DNA of 64,000 nt, taken from NCBI RefSeq assembly GCF_009914755.1, contig NC_060935.1. The stretch is one strand, 5' to 3'. This document shows, in pieces, positions 26,960 through 41,983 of the stretch. Each line of letters starts with the position of its first letter. The first letter of the stretch is position 1. Under the pieces are notes generated by a model. That model made no database searches. It was not told where the DNA came from and was given only the letters and a program-made list of their open reading frames with translations. The position numbers and the translations under genes were made by a program. This stretch comes from the human T2T-CHM13v2.0 reference genome, Homo sapiens.

Positions 26960-28744
26960 GAGCTTGATGTATTGCTCAGTATTCACTTAGAAGGGTTTCT
27001 TTCTCTTTGGCCTAGTTTGTGAAGGGATCTTCCTTTGGACTTTCTCTAAGTTGGGAGAAGAACATTCTTTTCAATGGAGCTCATCTTCTATCTCTAGGGT
27101 CTGTTCAGCCTTTCATCTATCCATCCTTCCTCTTTATTGGTAGAAGAAACAGTGGAGAGTAGCCACTTCTGGTTCTAGCACTTCTCTTTTGTTAAGATAG
27201 GGTTTGGATTTAGTATGAAGCTTTGGCTAAAACCCTTGGGTTTGCCTTAGAACACTGACACTAAGAACCTGGAATGACATGGGGAGGACAAAGAGAGCTC
27301 AAGAGGAATGCTTTGTGAGAAGTGGATTCTCTCCGTGTCCCTGCCCCCCACCCAAACTTGAACTATACCTATTACATTTCCAGGCAGTATCCCTAAGATG
27401 AGATCCTGGAGAAAGGACTAGGGGAAGTATCTTTCTGGATGCTTGTGGTCCCAGAAGGGTACTTTCTGTGTCATACCATGCCACTTCTTTAAGCTCTTCA
27501 GGGCAGCCAAAGCCAGCCCTTTTCTCCTACTGCCCCCAGGAGAAATAGCACTCTTCTCCCTTCCCCCAGATGGCAGGGCTCTGGCCTCCCTACACCTCAT
27601 ACCCTGCCTGCCTCCTCCAGGAGGAATCTCCGGGGCCCCTTCCTGACTCTCCCCACCTTCGCCACTTGTCTCTAGGCTATGGGACAATCATCCCATTCAC
27701 CACTTGACATCCTTGACATCCTTGACTTTCATTCCCCCAACCTCCAGCAGGTTGGCCCCAATCCTCTTCACCTCTGTGTTTTCTTCTAGAAGATGCATTT
27801 TGGGTCTGAGAGGAGCATTTTCCTGGAAGGCCATCTTTTAAGGCCCCTGCTTGCTGTCATAGTGCAGAGCAGAAACTTGCACACTATTTAGAGAGCTCCC
27901 TTCCCACCTCTCTGCCCAGCCTTGTTACCTCACTTCTGCTCTGGCCATGGCTGTGAAGGGCCCAGCCAGCTCCCTGTTTTGATGTTCTGTGCAACAGCTC
28001 CGGGGTCTTGTGACTGGAGATCCTCAACAGGCCCTGGAGCCAGGACTGGAGTCTTGGCAGCTGATGAGCAGCACCTTGCCGGCCAGGAGGAGCTGATGCT
28101 GACGATCTCCCCAACATCTGAAGGCTTAAAGAACATTGTCGTTCTTCAGCCCTCCTTGCTTCTCTCAATACAATAAGACATTGCAGAAGCAAAAGGGTGG
28201 CCTCTGCTCCAGGCAAGGCAGCTGGCTCTGTCTGGGGCATCGGCCTGGGGCTTGGGTGCCACGTGCTGAGATTGCATAGTCAAAACAGCCATTTTTGCCA
28301 ACAATAGCTTGTGGCTCCCCACATTTTCCTACCCTGCACTCAAGGGCCAGACCACTCTCTGCATGGACCAGACCATCTTCCCAAACCCATGGTGCTTTTT
28401 CCCCAACTCAACCTAGACTCCAAGGTGGGGAGGGATGGGTCAGAGGCCATAGTGGCCCCTGGATAATCCTGACGTGGGGTGGAGTGGGGTGAGGCAGAGG
28501 GAGCAGCCCCAACACCTGCACTGGGCCATCTATGGGAAAGAACACGGGTCGAGTGCAGTCGAGTTGTCTGGCCATCTGTATTTGGATCTATAACTGTACT
28601 TTGCCTGGCGCTGTGCGCAAGGTCAGAAAACTTACTGCTAGTACCTAGAAACACACAAGGCTGCCCAGCCAAATCTTAATGTAAAGTAGCTAGAGCCATG
28701 GAAGTACAGTATGAATTAAAAAGAAAAAAGTATTGAACTACAAT

Positions 28745-28750
28745 AATAAA
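28745..28750 (+). terminator. Distal polyadenylation signal of GRAMD1B (AATAAA)
   Basis: AATAAA followed by tggtgtgcgtgtttatt; ATTAAA about 30 nt upstream. Confidence 0.7.
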
Positions 28751-29108
28751 TGGTGTGCGTGTTTATTGCTTGATCTATGAATGCTCGTCACCTCAGATGT
28801 TTCTGGTCTTCCCAAGTAGGCTCACAGCAAGTCCTGAAGGCATGTGTTTGTAGGCACGCTTGTACACACACACGCACACACACACGCACACACGCAGCCA
28901 TCCACCTTCTCACGGGAGGGAGGGAGGCCGCCTGATCAACTGGAATGGATAAATTTTGGAGTCAGACCTGAGTACAAAGTATAGCATCACTGTTTACCAA
29001 CTTTGTGGCCTTATGCCCCATCTGTCACTCCAAGCCTCAGTGTTTCAGAGATAATACATTTAAAACACACATCGTTCTTGGTATGGCTGCTGGTATTATA
29101 CTAAAATA

Positions 29109-29670
<562 letters not shown>

Positions 29671-30179
29671 GATTTTTAATCTTATGATGAGTAGTACTGT
29701 TGTTGCAGGAGATTGTGGTGGACTGTGAATCCCGATGATGGTTTCTTGTAGAACTTTTCCCTCTTCGGGCCTTAACACTTCCAGGAAGATGAATGTTGAG
29801 AGACTGCTCCATGTTCTTCTTTTATGTTACCTAAACTGGTGGAGCTGAGAGCCAGATTGGCTCCTCCCTTCATTAGGTCAGCCTTGCAGGGAGCTCCTCG
29901 ATGCCTGGTAAGGAAACTTGTTTGATGTCAGGCAAGAACATAAGTGACTCTTGTATTCCTTTGTATTGGGGTAGAGGAGGAAAGGGAAGCGGAGAGGCTA
30001 GATCACACATTTAGTGTGTGTTTAATGTAAGGCTATTACATGGTTTTCATTCTCATGCATATCCACAGATTGGGTATGGGAATTTGAAGCAGGCTGGGGT
30101 GCTGGGGGAAGCCATAGTCTATGGTGCAGACACACTTAGTAAGTAGAGCAAAACCAGAGACAGTGGTTTTCAGGGATAC

Positions 30180-30185
30180 TTTATT
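30180..30185 (-). terminator. SCN3B polyadenylation signal (AATAAA on - strand)
   Basis: tttatt on +; the downstream minus-strand flank is GU/U-rich (ctgtctctggttttgctc). Confidence 0.7.
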
Positions 30186-32521
30186 GACATGAACAAGGAG
30201 TTTACTGAAAAACAGCACATACAGGCATTACGTTGTTGAGGGCTTAGGTGGTCAGGAACATTTCCAGAGTTTGGATTGTGTTCGATGGCAGTTCACAAGC
30301 CTGCAAGCACTCGGCCTTCAGCGGCCTCCGTCTCCATCACACACACTGCTCAGCAGAGGCAGCTCTTGCCAAGCCGTGACGCAGGGAGGAAGCACAGAGC
30401 ATTGCTGGCTCTGAGGGTCAGCTGGCCTGGGATGGAGACCGAGTTTGATATATAAATCAGACTTGCTTGGAAGTGCTTATCTCCTGCGTCCTGCTGCAAA
30501 CTCAACTAAGGGGGAGGAAGTGGGCTGAACTAATCATGAGCTGTCCACCAGCTGAGATTTTAGAGATTAAGTAAGGTTTGGATGATGCTGCTTTTCAGAC
30601 CTGTGACTGCATGGCACACTAAAGGTCTAGGCTAGAGCTTGACAGAGTGGGTGCAAAAAGATGTTAGTAGAATGAGTGGATGATCAGACTGGCAAGCACA
30701 CCAAGCACTATTCAGATACATTTGCAGTGACTAGGTGAATTCACTGAATTAGGGATTTTTCATTTACAAAATGAGGTGAGAGGAAGGCTTCTTTTGTTTT
30801 TGTTTTTCATTTTTTTCTTTTTTCATTTTCATGTTAAACTGGGAAAGGGGAAACTAAGATATATTCTGAAGTGTGTCTAGCTCTTGCTTCTCTTTCTTCC
30901 TGCAAAGATGCAGTGACACAGCCTTTTCCCTCAGATTTATGTGAGGAGGACTCACAGATTCTGAGATGGATGGAATTTCTTTTTTGATCCAATAATTTTG
31001 GGGAGAGAGGAGGGAGTTGCTGTCTCCTACTTCCCAGCACATTCCTGCTTTGAAAAGTAACTTTCCTAGTAATATTTCTAGTTGGACATCTAAGGAGAAA
31101 CCTGCAACTCAGAAGGAAGTCTGGGTGTGTGGGTGTCTGGGAATGGAGAAACTAAAAGGTCATGCCGTTAAACAAGTGGTGAGAATAAAGGCTGGGGTAG
31201 GGACAGGCAGGGAGTGTTTGGGTTGGGGCTCTGATTCAAGACCGAGGTGACAGTGAAGGTCAGCAGGGCAAGGTGCTCTCAGGGCCAACTGGATTGAGCA
31301 ATCACATTCATGGCTGTGAAGTAGTAAGAATGGGAAAATCAGATTGAGCCAAGCTTGGCCTTTAGTGAATTGTGTTATTGAGGATCAGACATGGGAAATA
31401 TCCAGCACCAAGACAACAGATGGGGTTTCTAAAGTGATATTAATAGCCCTTGAGAACTCTTCTAAGCCCTTTAATAAGCAACATCATGCCAGATAAAGCT
31501 TCCAGAGAAACAGACATCTAGTCTGGGTCTTTCGTAGGATTATGGGAAGAGACAGGGAGGTGGGTGGAGATTGGAAGTAGGCTGGTGATCACAGTACCTT
31601 ATTGATTTACAGTCATTATCAAATCTCCCAGGAAGGAGTTTAATTGCAATTCAGGAGAAATAATGATGTACAAACCAACTAGAAAGAGAACCAAAATAGG
31701 ACTGACTCTCAAAGCACATTGCTAGCATCCACCAAAAAGCAAAGTGGTAGAGAAGCAGTGAGTGGGATTAGGGGTGAGAGAAGATGGAGAACATTAGGAC
31801 AGGCAAGATAGGCAATGGTTAGATGGAAGCTAAAAAATAAGAAAAGGAAGCAGCTATGGTCTAAGTGGAAAGAGAACTGAAAGAGGAGTCAGAAGACCTG
31901 GATTCTTGCTGTCTACCTACCAGCTAGGTTTCCTTATAATTTAGTAAAGCTACTTAACCTCAGAGACCCTCAGTTTCTTCTTTTGTAATGTGACCTCACA
32001 GGACCAGTTATAGAGAAGAAATAAAATAGTTAAGTGAAAATACTTCGTAAACCATATAGTTCTAATGAAAGTGTCAAGAATGAGAAGAATGGAGAAGTTA
32101 GAAAAAGGAAGAGTGGGGAAGATAACCTGTCAAGGATAAATAAGTGATAGATACCATTCAGCTTCATTAAAAGCCACGCAAGCAGCATCTGAGTTGGGTT
32201 TTTTTAAAAAGAAGAGAAAAAGGCAATCATGCATACTGCCGGGTTCAACTTAGATACACGAGCTATTGGGCCACCGAGGAAAACGGTGTGGTAGTAAGCA
32301 TCTTGCTACTACCGCAAGCTGGTGGCATCCATGAGCTATGGGACTGGAAAAATTTCACACTGAGGCCAATTTTTCTAACTATAAAGTTAAAAAGGTCTAT
32401 ATCCTCTCCCTTATTTCAGAGGGATTGTGTGGAAAATTACCAATAAGAAGAGTCTTGAATTTATTGCAAATATTTTCTTCAACAAAATCAGACTCTTTAA
32501 TGTGTTAACGGTCTGGTTTTG

Positions 32522-32832
32522 GGCCAGGCACAGTTGCTCAGGCCTGTAATCCCAGCACTTTGAGAGGCTGAGGCTGGCAGATTGCTTGAGCCCAGGAGTT
32601 CAAGATCAGCCTGGGCGACATGGCAAGACCCCTGTCTCTACATAAAATACAAAAATTAGCCAGGCATGGTGGTGCATGCCTGTAGTCCCAGTTACCTGGG
32701 GGCTGAGGTGGGAGGATTGCTTAAACCTGGGGCAGTTGAGGCTGCAGTGAGCTGAGATTGCACCACTGCACTCTAGCCTGGGAGACAGAGTGAGAATCTG
32801 TCTCAAAAAAATAATAATAAATAAATAAAAAT
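32522..32832 (+). mobile_element. AluJ in the SCN3B 3'UTR (antisense in the mRNA)
   Basis: Full Alu flanked by gtctggtttt repeats (TSD). Confidence 0.93.
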
Positions 32833-33378
32833 TTAAAAGTCTGGTTTTAAGTACTTTCCTAGGGATGGAAGAATGAAAAAAATGAGCTTTTAAGGTAAAG
32901 CCCTAAACCTATGGAATATGGTCTTTCCCTATAAAGGGAGGTCCCAGGTCTGAGGGACCTCTCTCTCGCTGAATCCCAGTCACCTTCATCTTCTTACATT
33001 CCATAAAGCATCTTTCCCCTCTCTTGTCCCTGGGTGCTGAAGGATGTCACACTTGGACCTGTCACTTAATTAAAATGAAACACGAGATATTGACTAAAGT
33101 TTTTTCCAGTTTCTCTGCTCCCTCAAAATCTAGGGGAAAAAAATCTGAAAATTATGCATTCATAGGCGAAGTATTTGGAAAGCACCTACCCATCCCTCCC
33201 CTCTCACACTGCTCATTTACTTATGATCCATCTCAGACTAAACATTTTTCTTAGTTTAAATATCAGTCTCAGATGCACTCTCCTTTTGGAGGATATTTCA
33301 GAGTCACAGATCTTTACATAAAGGAAGTTCTTTAAGTCTACCTCATGTTCTTCTCCCTGCTTTTTTGGCCAATTTCTA

Positions 33379-33837
<459 letters not shown>

Positions 33838-35118
33838 TTATTTCTGCTCCAGTTTATCCTCTTAAGCCTCTTATTCAGTTGAGCCCTGTATGAGTCTTAG
33901 TTGCCTCCTGTATGTAAAATGAGGAATAATACTGGTGCACAGAAATTTTGAGAGGAAGAACTCAGGAATTTCAGTCCTAATGCCCAGGTGGTGTGCCCAC
34001 AGGGAGGGCACACATACATTATCGCAATAGGATCAGGAACGTGTCCAGAAACATGTTGCATGACTTTTTAAGAGCCACTTAAATTACCATTGGTCCTTCC
34101 CAAGTCTCCTGTCCTTGTCTTCTTGGAGGGAACCTTAGAGACCCATCAGGATCTAGCTCTGGAGTACTAAGCTCCAGAGAGCATGTTAGTCCATGCTTCA
34201 GGATCTTTCTGTCACTGGAGAACCTAGACAGGCGTGCTTCACTCTGATGCTGTAGCAAAGTGGGCCATGAACCTGACAAAACTGACTTCAGGGAATCCAA
34301 GTTCATGACACACTTTTGCTTTAACCCGAACTAATCACTCCTGCTTCCTTCTATTAAGACTTCCATTCTCTTGCAGTAATGGAGAATGAACCAGTTCCAG
34401 CCAGTTAAGGGCAGAGGGAGGTGCTAACTCCAGCACTTGTACAAAGTCATTTGGAGCACAGGGGAGAAATCCAGTTGGCTTTGGAGTGTCTTGTTGGAAA
34501 ACTAGGAGAGGGTGAGGTTGAGTCTATGTAGAAATGTTGGCTTCTCAGTTCTGGCAGAGTCTTATGGTGCGTAGAGGTCTGATGGAGTTAGGGAGTCAGA
34601 GGTGAAAGCTCAGAGGCAGGTGGATGTATGGATGAATGAATGAACAGAACAATGGATGCATGAAGGGAAGCGATGGGGCCCTTGGGGCGCCCTCCTGATG
34701 CCATTGACATTGCTGAACATGGGATGTCCAGTCCCTCAGGTGTTCAGGCCACCTACCAAAGATAAAATAACTCACTGAGAATTTCCCACCCAGTCCAGCC
34801 CAGCCCAGCCCAAAAATTCTTTGACCAAAGAAGGGAGTTGGAGAATCCTGTGCCTCTGTTACCATGGGCAAGTTCAGATTGCCTCGACACTCAGGTCAAA
34901 GCAGTTCACCTTCCGAAGCGCTGACATCATACAGAGCTTTCTGACTTAAAGAATTACCCTGAGGGCGGGGACCCCAGGCAGGGTAGACAGTGACCTAAGG
35001 GACCAAATTTAAAGTCACTTCAGTTGTGGGCAACAAAGTCACTTGTACAACCTGCCATCCACATCTGCCTTCCCCTCCCATGTTCCTGTAGGTCACCTCA
35101 TGTCACACTGCTCCTGTT

Positions 35119-35182
35119 CTATTCCTCCACTGGTACCGCAGAGTTCTCCTTGTTCTCAGATGGGATGGCAAGGTAGTCAGAC
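35119..35182 (-). CDS. SCN3B: SCN3B last coding exon (A)SDYLAIPSENKENSAVPVEE*
   Basis: ctatag| acceptor at 35182, TAG at 35121-35119; exon continues 22 nt to the donor GAG|gtgacc at 35097. Confidence 0.96.
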
Positions 35183-35441
35183 CTATAGAGGACACAGGGA
35201 AAGGGAATCAGAGCTTCAGTGCCCAGCGTGGGAACACAAGATGGGGAAGGAGCAGGGCACAGGAGCAAGGATCTACAGAACAGCTCTGCATTTCCTTCTG
35301 CTGTGTTTCTCAAGAGAAAAACAACCTTTTCTGCAGATTAAAATAATCATTTCCCCCATATATGTACACGAACACCCACCAGGAGTGTATAGCTTCTCAT
35401 TTATCCAGGTTGTCTTCAGCATTTAGTTAGATTATTATGTT

Positions 35442-35720
35442 GGCCAAGGCTCATGCCTCTAATCCCAGCACTTTGGGAGGCCAAGGCAGGAAAATTGCTT
35501 GAGCCCAGGAGTTCAAGACCAGCCTGGGCAACATGGTGAAACCCTGTCTCTACAAAAAATACAAAAAACTAGCCTGGCATGGTGGCACGTGCCTGTAGTC
35601 CCAGCTACTTGGGAGGCTGAGGTGGGAGGATCACCTGAGCCTGGGAGGTCGAGGCCATGATTGCACCACTGCACTCCAGCCTGGCAACAGTGAGACCATG
35701 TCTCAAAAATAAAATAAAAT
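35442..35720 (+). mobile_element. AluJ element
   Basis: Dimeric Alu with small deletions. Confidence 0.9.
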
Positions 35721-36378
35721 GTTGGTCAAAATGACAGCTGTGAAATTATATTTTATAGTTGTTTCACATGTTTACAGGCTATTTGGGTTTCTGCTTCTGA
35801 AATTTGTTCATCTGCTTTCCAGTTCTTCTGAGATCTTTGTCTTTTTCTCATTGATTTTCCTTTGATGCTTTCATGTTTTGACAATTTCTCCCAATCTCTT
35901 GTTTGTCTAGGAATTTTGCTTATGGAGTCTTCTAATGAACAGCTGATTCTTTACATATAATGTGATCAAAATTATTTTTCCTCTTGGATTTGTGCCTTTT
36001 GTATTTTATTTGGGAAATCCTCTCTATTGCATGGTGATAAAGAGAGTCTCTTATATTCCCTTAATGGAATTTTCAAGTTTGACATTTTACTTTGTGTTTA
36101 AATCCCCTCATAATTTATTTTGGTTTAGTATGAGAGATGGGGAATCTAATTTTGTTTTGTGTTTTTCTTTGTTTCTATATAGATTAGGAATTTTCCCTAG
36201 ACCACTTACTGGGCAGTTCATTCTTCCTTCAATCACTGTAACGTCATCTCTCTCACATATCAGGTTTTCCTACATGCATTAACCTGATTGGTGGCTTTTT
36301 GTTTTGTTTGTCCATTTCGTATGCCTGTGCAGTATCACAAACTCTGTATTCTGATAGCTCTGTAAGAAACCTTCATCT

Positions 36379-36886
<508 letters not shown>

Positions 36887-37674
36887 GGTTAAGACTATTT
36901 TTGGCTACTTAGCCTTCCATGTGACTTAATATCAGCTTATTAAGTTCTTTGAGAAATCTAATGGGCATTTTGATTGGGATTTCATTGAATTTGAAGATCA
37001 ATTTGGGAGAAAATTGTTTACAATTGTGAGGTTTTACTCTCCATCTAGTTACGTTTAAAGTCTTTCAGTAAAGGTTTCTAACTTTTTCTTTAAATGTCTT
37101 GTATATTTTTGTCAAATTTATCCCCGGAACTGGGGAGTACTTCTTGCTATTGTAACTTTAAAAGCATTTTAATATTTTAAATATTTAAATTTGTTACTAA
37201 ATTTGTTGCTGGAATATAGGTGATTTTTATATTTTGATTTCTATCAACAATTTTGTGGAATATTCTTCCTTGTCCTAATAGTATTTTTGTAGATTCTCTT
37301 AGGTATCCTATGTAAATAGTAGGTATAGATAATGATAATTTAGTTTCTTCCTTTCCAAGTCTTTTTCTTCCTTGTATTTACTTGGTCTTCACCTAGGATT
37401 TCCAACACAATATTGATAGAAACAGGGAGAGGCAGTCTCCTTGATATGTCCCTGATATTACAGGCACTTGAGGTTTCAACACATAGATGATATTTGCTGT
37501 AGGGTCTCTTAGTAGCTGCCATTTATCACTTTAAAGATGCTTGGTGTTTAGGTGTAGATGTATTTTATTCATCCTGCTCAGGGCATATTATGCTTCTTGA
37601 ATCTGAAGAGTCATCCCTCCCTCAGCCGTTCTGTCTCTGAACACTGTCTCTCCTCCATTCTCTGTTCTATTCTG

Positions 37675-37965
37675 TTTTTTTTTTTGAGATGGAGTCTCGC
37701 TCTGTCGCCGAGGCTGGAGGGCAGTGCCGTGATCTCGGCTCACTGCAAGCTCCGCCTCCCAGGTTCACGCCATTCTCCTGCCTCAGCCTCCTGAGTAGCT
37801 GGGACTACAGGCACCCGCCACCATGCCCGGCTAATTTTTTGTAGTTTTAGTAGAGACAGGGTTTCACCATGTTAACCAGGATGTCTCGATCTCCTGACCT
37901 CATGATCTGCCTGCCTCGACCTCCCAAAGTGCTGGGATTACAGACGAGAGCCACCGCGCCCGGCC
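37675..37965 (-). mobile_element. AluY element
   Basis: Antisense Alu with gcaagctccgcctcc/ttcacgccattctc Y-type positions. Confidence 0.95.
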
Positions 37966-38376
37966 AAAATGATGCTTTCTTTATCAAACATTTCTAACTG
38001 GTAATAGCCTAGACTGTTTTCGGTTTGCCTCAGCAATGTTGCTAGAAATCTGTGGGTTTTTTCTATCTTTCCTTTCCCCAGACAACCAGCCAGCATGATC
38101 TCTTAAGACTCTTTGTTCTTACAGACCCCACCGTTTCTCAAATGTGCTCACCCTCAAGTGACTAGACTCTCTGAGCAAATGGCTAAGGTACAGGCTGGAC
38201 TTTAGAGGATTAGAGTCCCCACTCTGGACATCTAAGCGCTGCCAGGCTCTAGGGGAAATAACATGTTGCTTGGAGCTCCTTTGCTAGCAAAGGGCAGTGC
38301 CCAGATGGCCTGAGGAGCTCCATGGTATAAAGCAAACAGTTCAATGAGATAGAAAGAGCATGGACATTAGCACTAG

Positions 38377-38805
<429 letters not shown>

Positions 38806-39158
38806 ATAATAATATTACTTTAACGGGTTGTGGTAGCAGCTGATGGTCTTTGCCTTAGTGGTTAAGTGTGCTGGCCAAGAATCAACAGGCCTGAATTCAA
38901 ACATCACTTTGTTTCCTAAGTGATGTTTGAATTAAGCAAATGTTTAATTTTTCGTAATGAATTAAGAGTTTGCCTTAAGCCAACTCTCCGAAATTCAGTG
39001 TTCTCATCTGTAAAATGGGTATAATAATGGTGCCTATCTCTTAAGCAGTGATCATGAAGAGGGTGGAGGATGAATGTAAACTGCTTAGCACCTCACCTGT
39101 GAGAGCAAGCATTCTGAAGGTGCTAGCTTTCATTATTACTTTGGCATCTCTGGACTTA

Positions 39159-39380
<222 letters not shown>

Positions 39381-40345
39381 TTAAATAAAGACTGAGTAAA
39401 GAAACTCAAGAAGATGTCAAAGGTATTCCAAATCCTGACTCTCCCGCCCATTGGCTTTCTCACTGACTGTCATCAGCTGCTCAGGAGCCAGGGAAGAGGG
39501 AGTGGGATGCCTGGAAGAAGTAGCCGAGCAGTGGAAGGAATCCTGGCCTCAAAGTGAGATATCTAGAGCTGGCTGTCCATTTTGCTATTTACAGGTGTGT
39601 AAACAACCATTTCCCTTACTTGAGACTCAGTTTCTTAATTTGTAGGTTGAGGATAATAACACCAGTCAGGGGTTTGTGAATATTACATTATCTAATGTAT
39701 TTCAGAACATCTTGTGAGATTAAAAGTCTACACAGATGTAAGGAACATGCCTTATTTCAACTGCCTCTGTCTTTTGAGCTGCCGGTGGTGGAGGGTGGTA
39801 TTCCTGGGGAGAGAGCGTTGGAAAACTCATTCAGGGCCAACAAAGACAGCCTCCATGAGATATGCGCATGTTCTCTACAAGTCTGGGTTAGAAACAAGAC
39901 CTTCCAGGTCATCCAAAACCAAACATAAATATTGGAGGATTTAGTGTATCAACCGCATTGTCCCCAGGGCTGTACTTTTGAAACACAGTTAGGATCCTGC
40001 CATTTCCCTGCTGAAAACTCTTCAATGCTCCACACTCCCCTTAGGATGAAGCCCCAACTCTGTTCACGTGACATGCAAGGGCCTTCACAATCCGGGCTTT
40101 CTCACCTCATTTCCATTTGGTTGGCCAGAAAAACTTCTGCTACACACTGTGGTATGTTAGAATCTGTGAACTTTTCTTCCTCTTCCCTCTTCCTGAATTG
40201 TGTCTTTCACCCACGGCTAGTTCTGTGCTAATATCCTCTCCTGCTTTGCAGTCTCGCAGTAGTTCTAGATTCCTGTGAGGTCCCCTCCTTTGTGAAACCA
40301 TCCCCAACTTCTCATGCGGAGCTATTCACAACCTTCTCCGTGCAC

Positions 40346-40679
<334 letters not shown>

Positions 40680-41963
40680 TAAGAGTTGTATTGTGCTTAT
40701 CTTTCTTTTCTGTGGACTGTGTGCTTATTGAGAACATATTTATTTCTGGATTATCTGCCTGCTGTATAAATCTTAGAATATTTAAAGTGCTCAATAAGTA
40801 CTTATTGAATGAGTGAAAATAAATATTATCTTATTTGTTTCATGATCAACAAAAAGGACCATTAAAACATACTACATGGCAGATATCCTGATATATCTAC
40901 TCCTTGCTAGTGGGAGAAATGTTGTAGCCACCTCTCCCCTTGCCAGCTCTCAACAGCAAGTCAGATTTATGATCTGCAGTTATCCATTGGATCTAAGTCA
41001 TCCCCAAGTCCTTGGTTGTTAAGAGCACAGCACAGCCTGCCATAACTTTCAGCCCAGAGAGCAGTCCGAAGGCTCCAGGATCACCCAGGTTTCCAACTGG
41101 AGCTAGAGGTCATAGATGCAGCGTGAGGCACATGAGAATGCCGTACAGCTCAAACATCTCACCGCCTTGCTACCACCTCGTGCATTATTTATGATTTGTT
41201 TGGCTTAAAGCATGCTCTCTCTTTCAAAATGCAGTAGCCCACAAATGGCAATACAGGAAGCTGTCCTCAGTATTTTTAGTTACCTCTAGGTGAAGAGGCC
41301 TCAGGTTTCTGCCTTAGGGCCAGGAGGTGACAGCCAAAGCCAGAATAAACCCAACTTGAACAAAGAGAACCAGGGAGACCTTGTGGGACCACAGGAATGG
41401 AGGAGATGTGGGGTTGATGGGCAGGTGTCATGGTGGGGTGGGTGCGTAGCTCTGAGCAAGATGAGGGCAGGGAGTATCTGATGTCACAGAGGCAAAAAAG
41501 AAAAAGTGGCAGGGGGTTGGGGTGGTGGGGGTGGGGAAAGAAACAGTGGAAAGCAAGCCCTCCAGACAGGCGAACAATCTGGATTTTCACCCTGCTTCCA
41601 GCGCGAATTTGCTGCACGTCCCTGAGCAAGCCCCTTGCTCTTGCAGAGAACTCTGTTCTCCCAGCCACAAAAAGAGGGGCACCAGAGCTACACCCTCCAA
41701 TCACCTGGGGAGTCATCAACTTGCATATGACCTCACTCACCCCTGCCGATCTCACACCTGCAAGGGTGCTGCAGAGGTGTCTACATCTGGAGGACGCCAA
41801 TGTGGGCGATTCTGATGTCTGCCCTTTATCCAGAGGCCCTGGATTAAATAAATGATATCCACGCTTCCTTCACACCCGACCATCCACGAGGCTCTGTGGC
41901 TCTGATAATAAACTTGCTTTTCCTTCTGTTTTTACCCGAGGCTTGCTCTGGTACCTGGCAGAC

Positions 41964-41983
41964 GAACTAGCTCAGCCTTGCCA
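41964..41983. promoter_or_regulatory. p53 response element (GAACTAGCTC AGCCTTGCCA) in an SCN3B intron
   Basis: Two adjacent RRRCWWGYYY decamers (0 and 2 mismatches, both CWWG cores intact); an extra perfect half-site AGGCTTGCTC at 41939-41948; SCN3B is a reported p53 target. Confidence 0.7.

Larger units (their letters stand above)
23568..28770 (+). other. GRAMD1B: GRAMD1B long 3'UTR
   Basis: Alu-free stretch after the stop codon; AATAAA at 24002, 26152 and 28745, the last followed by a GT-rich element; exact 3' end inferred. Confidence 0.75.
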
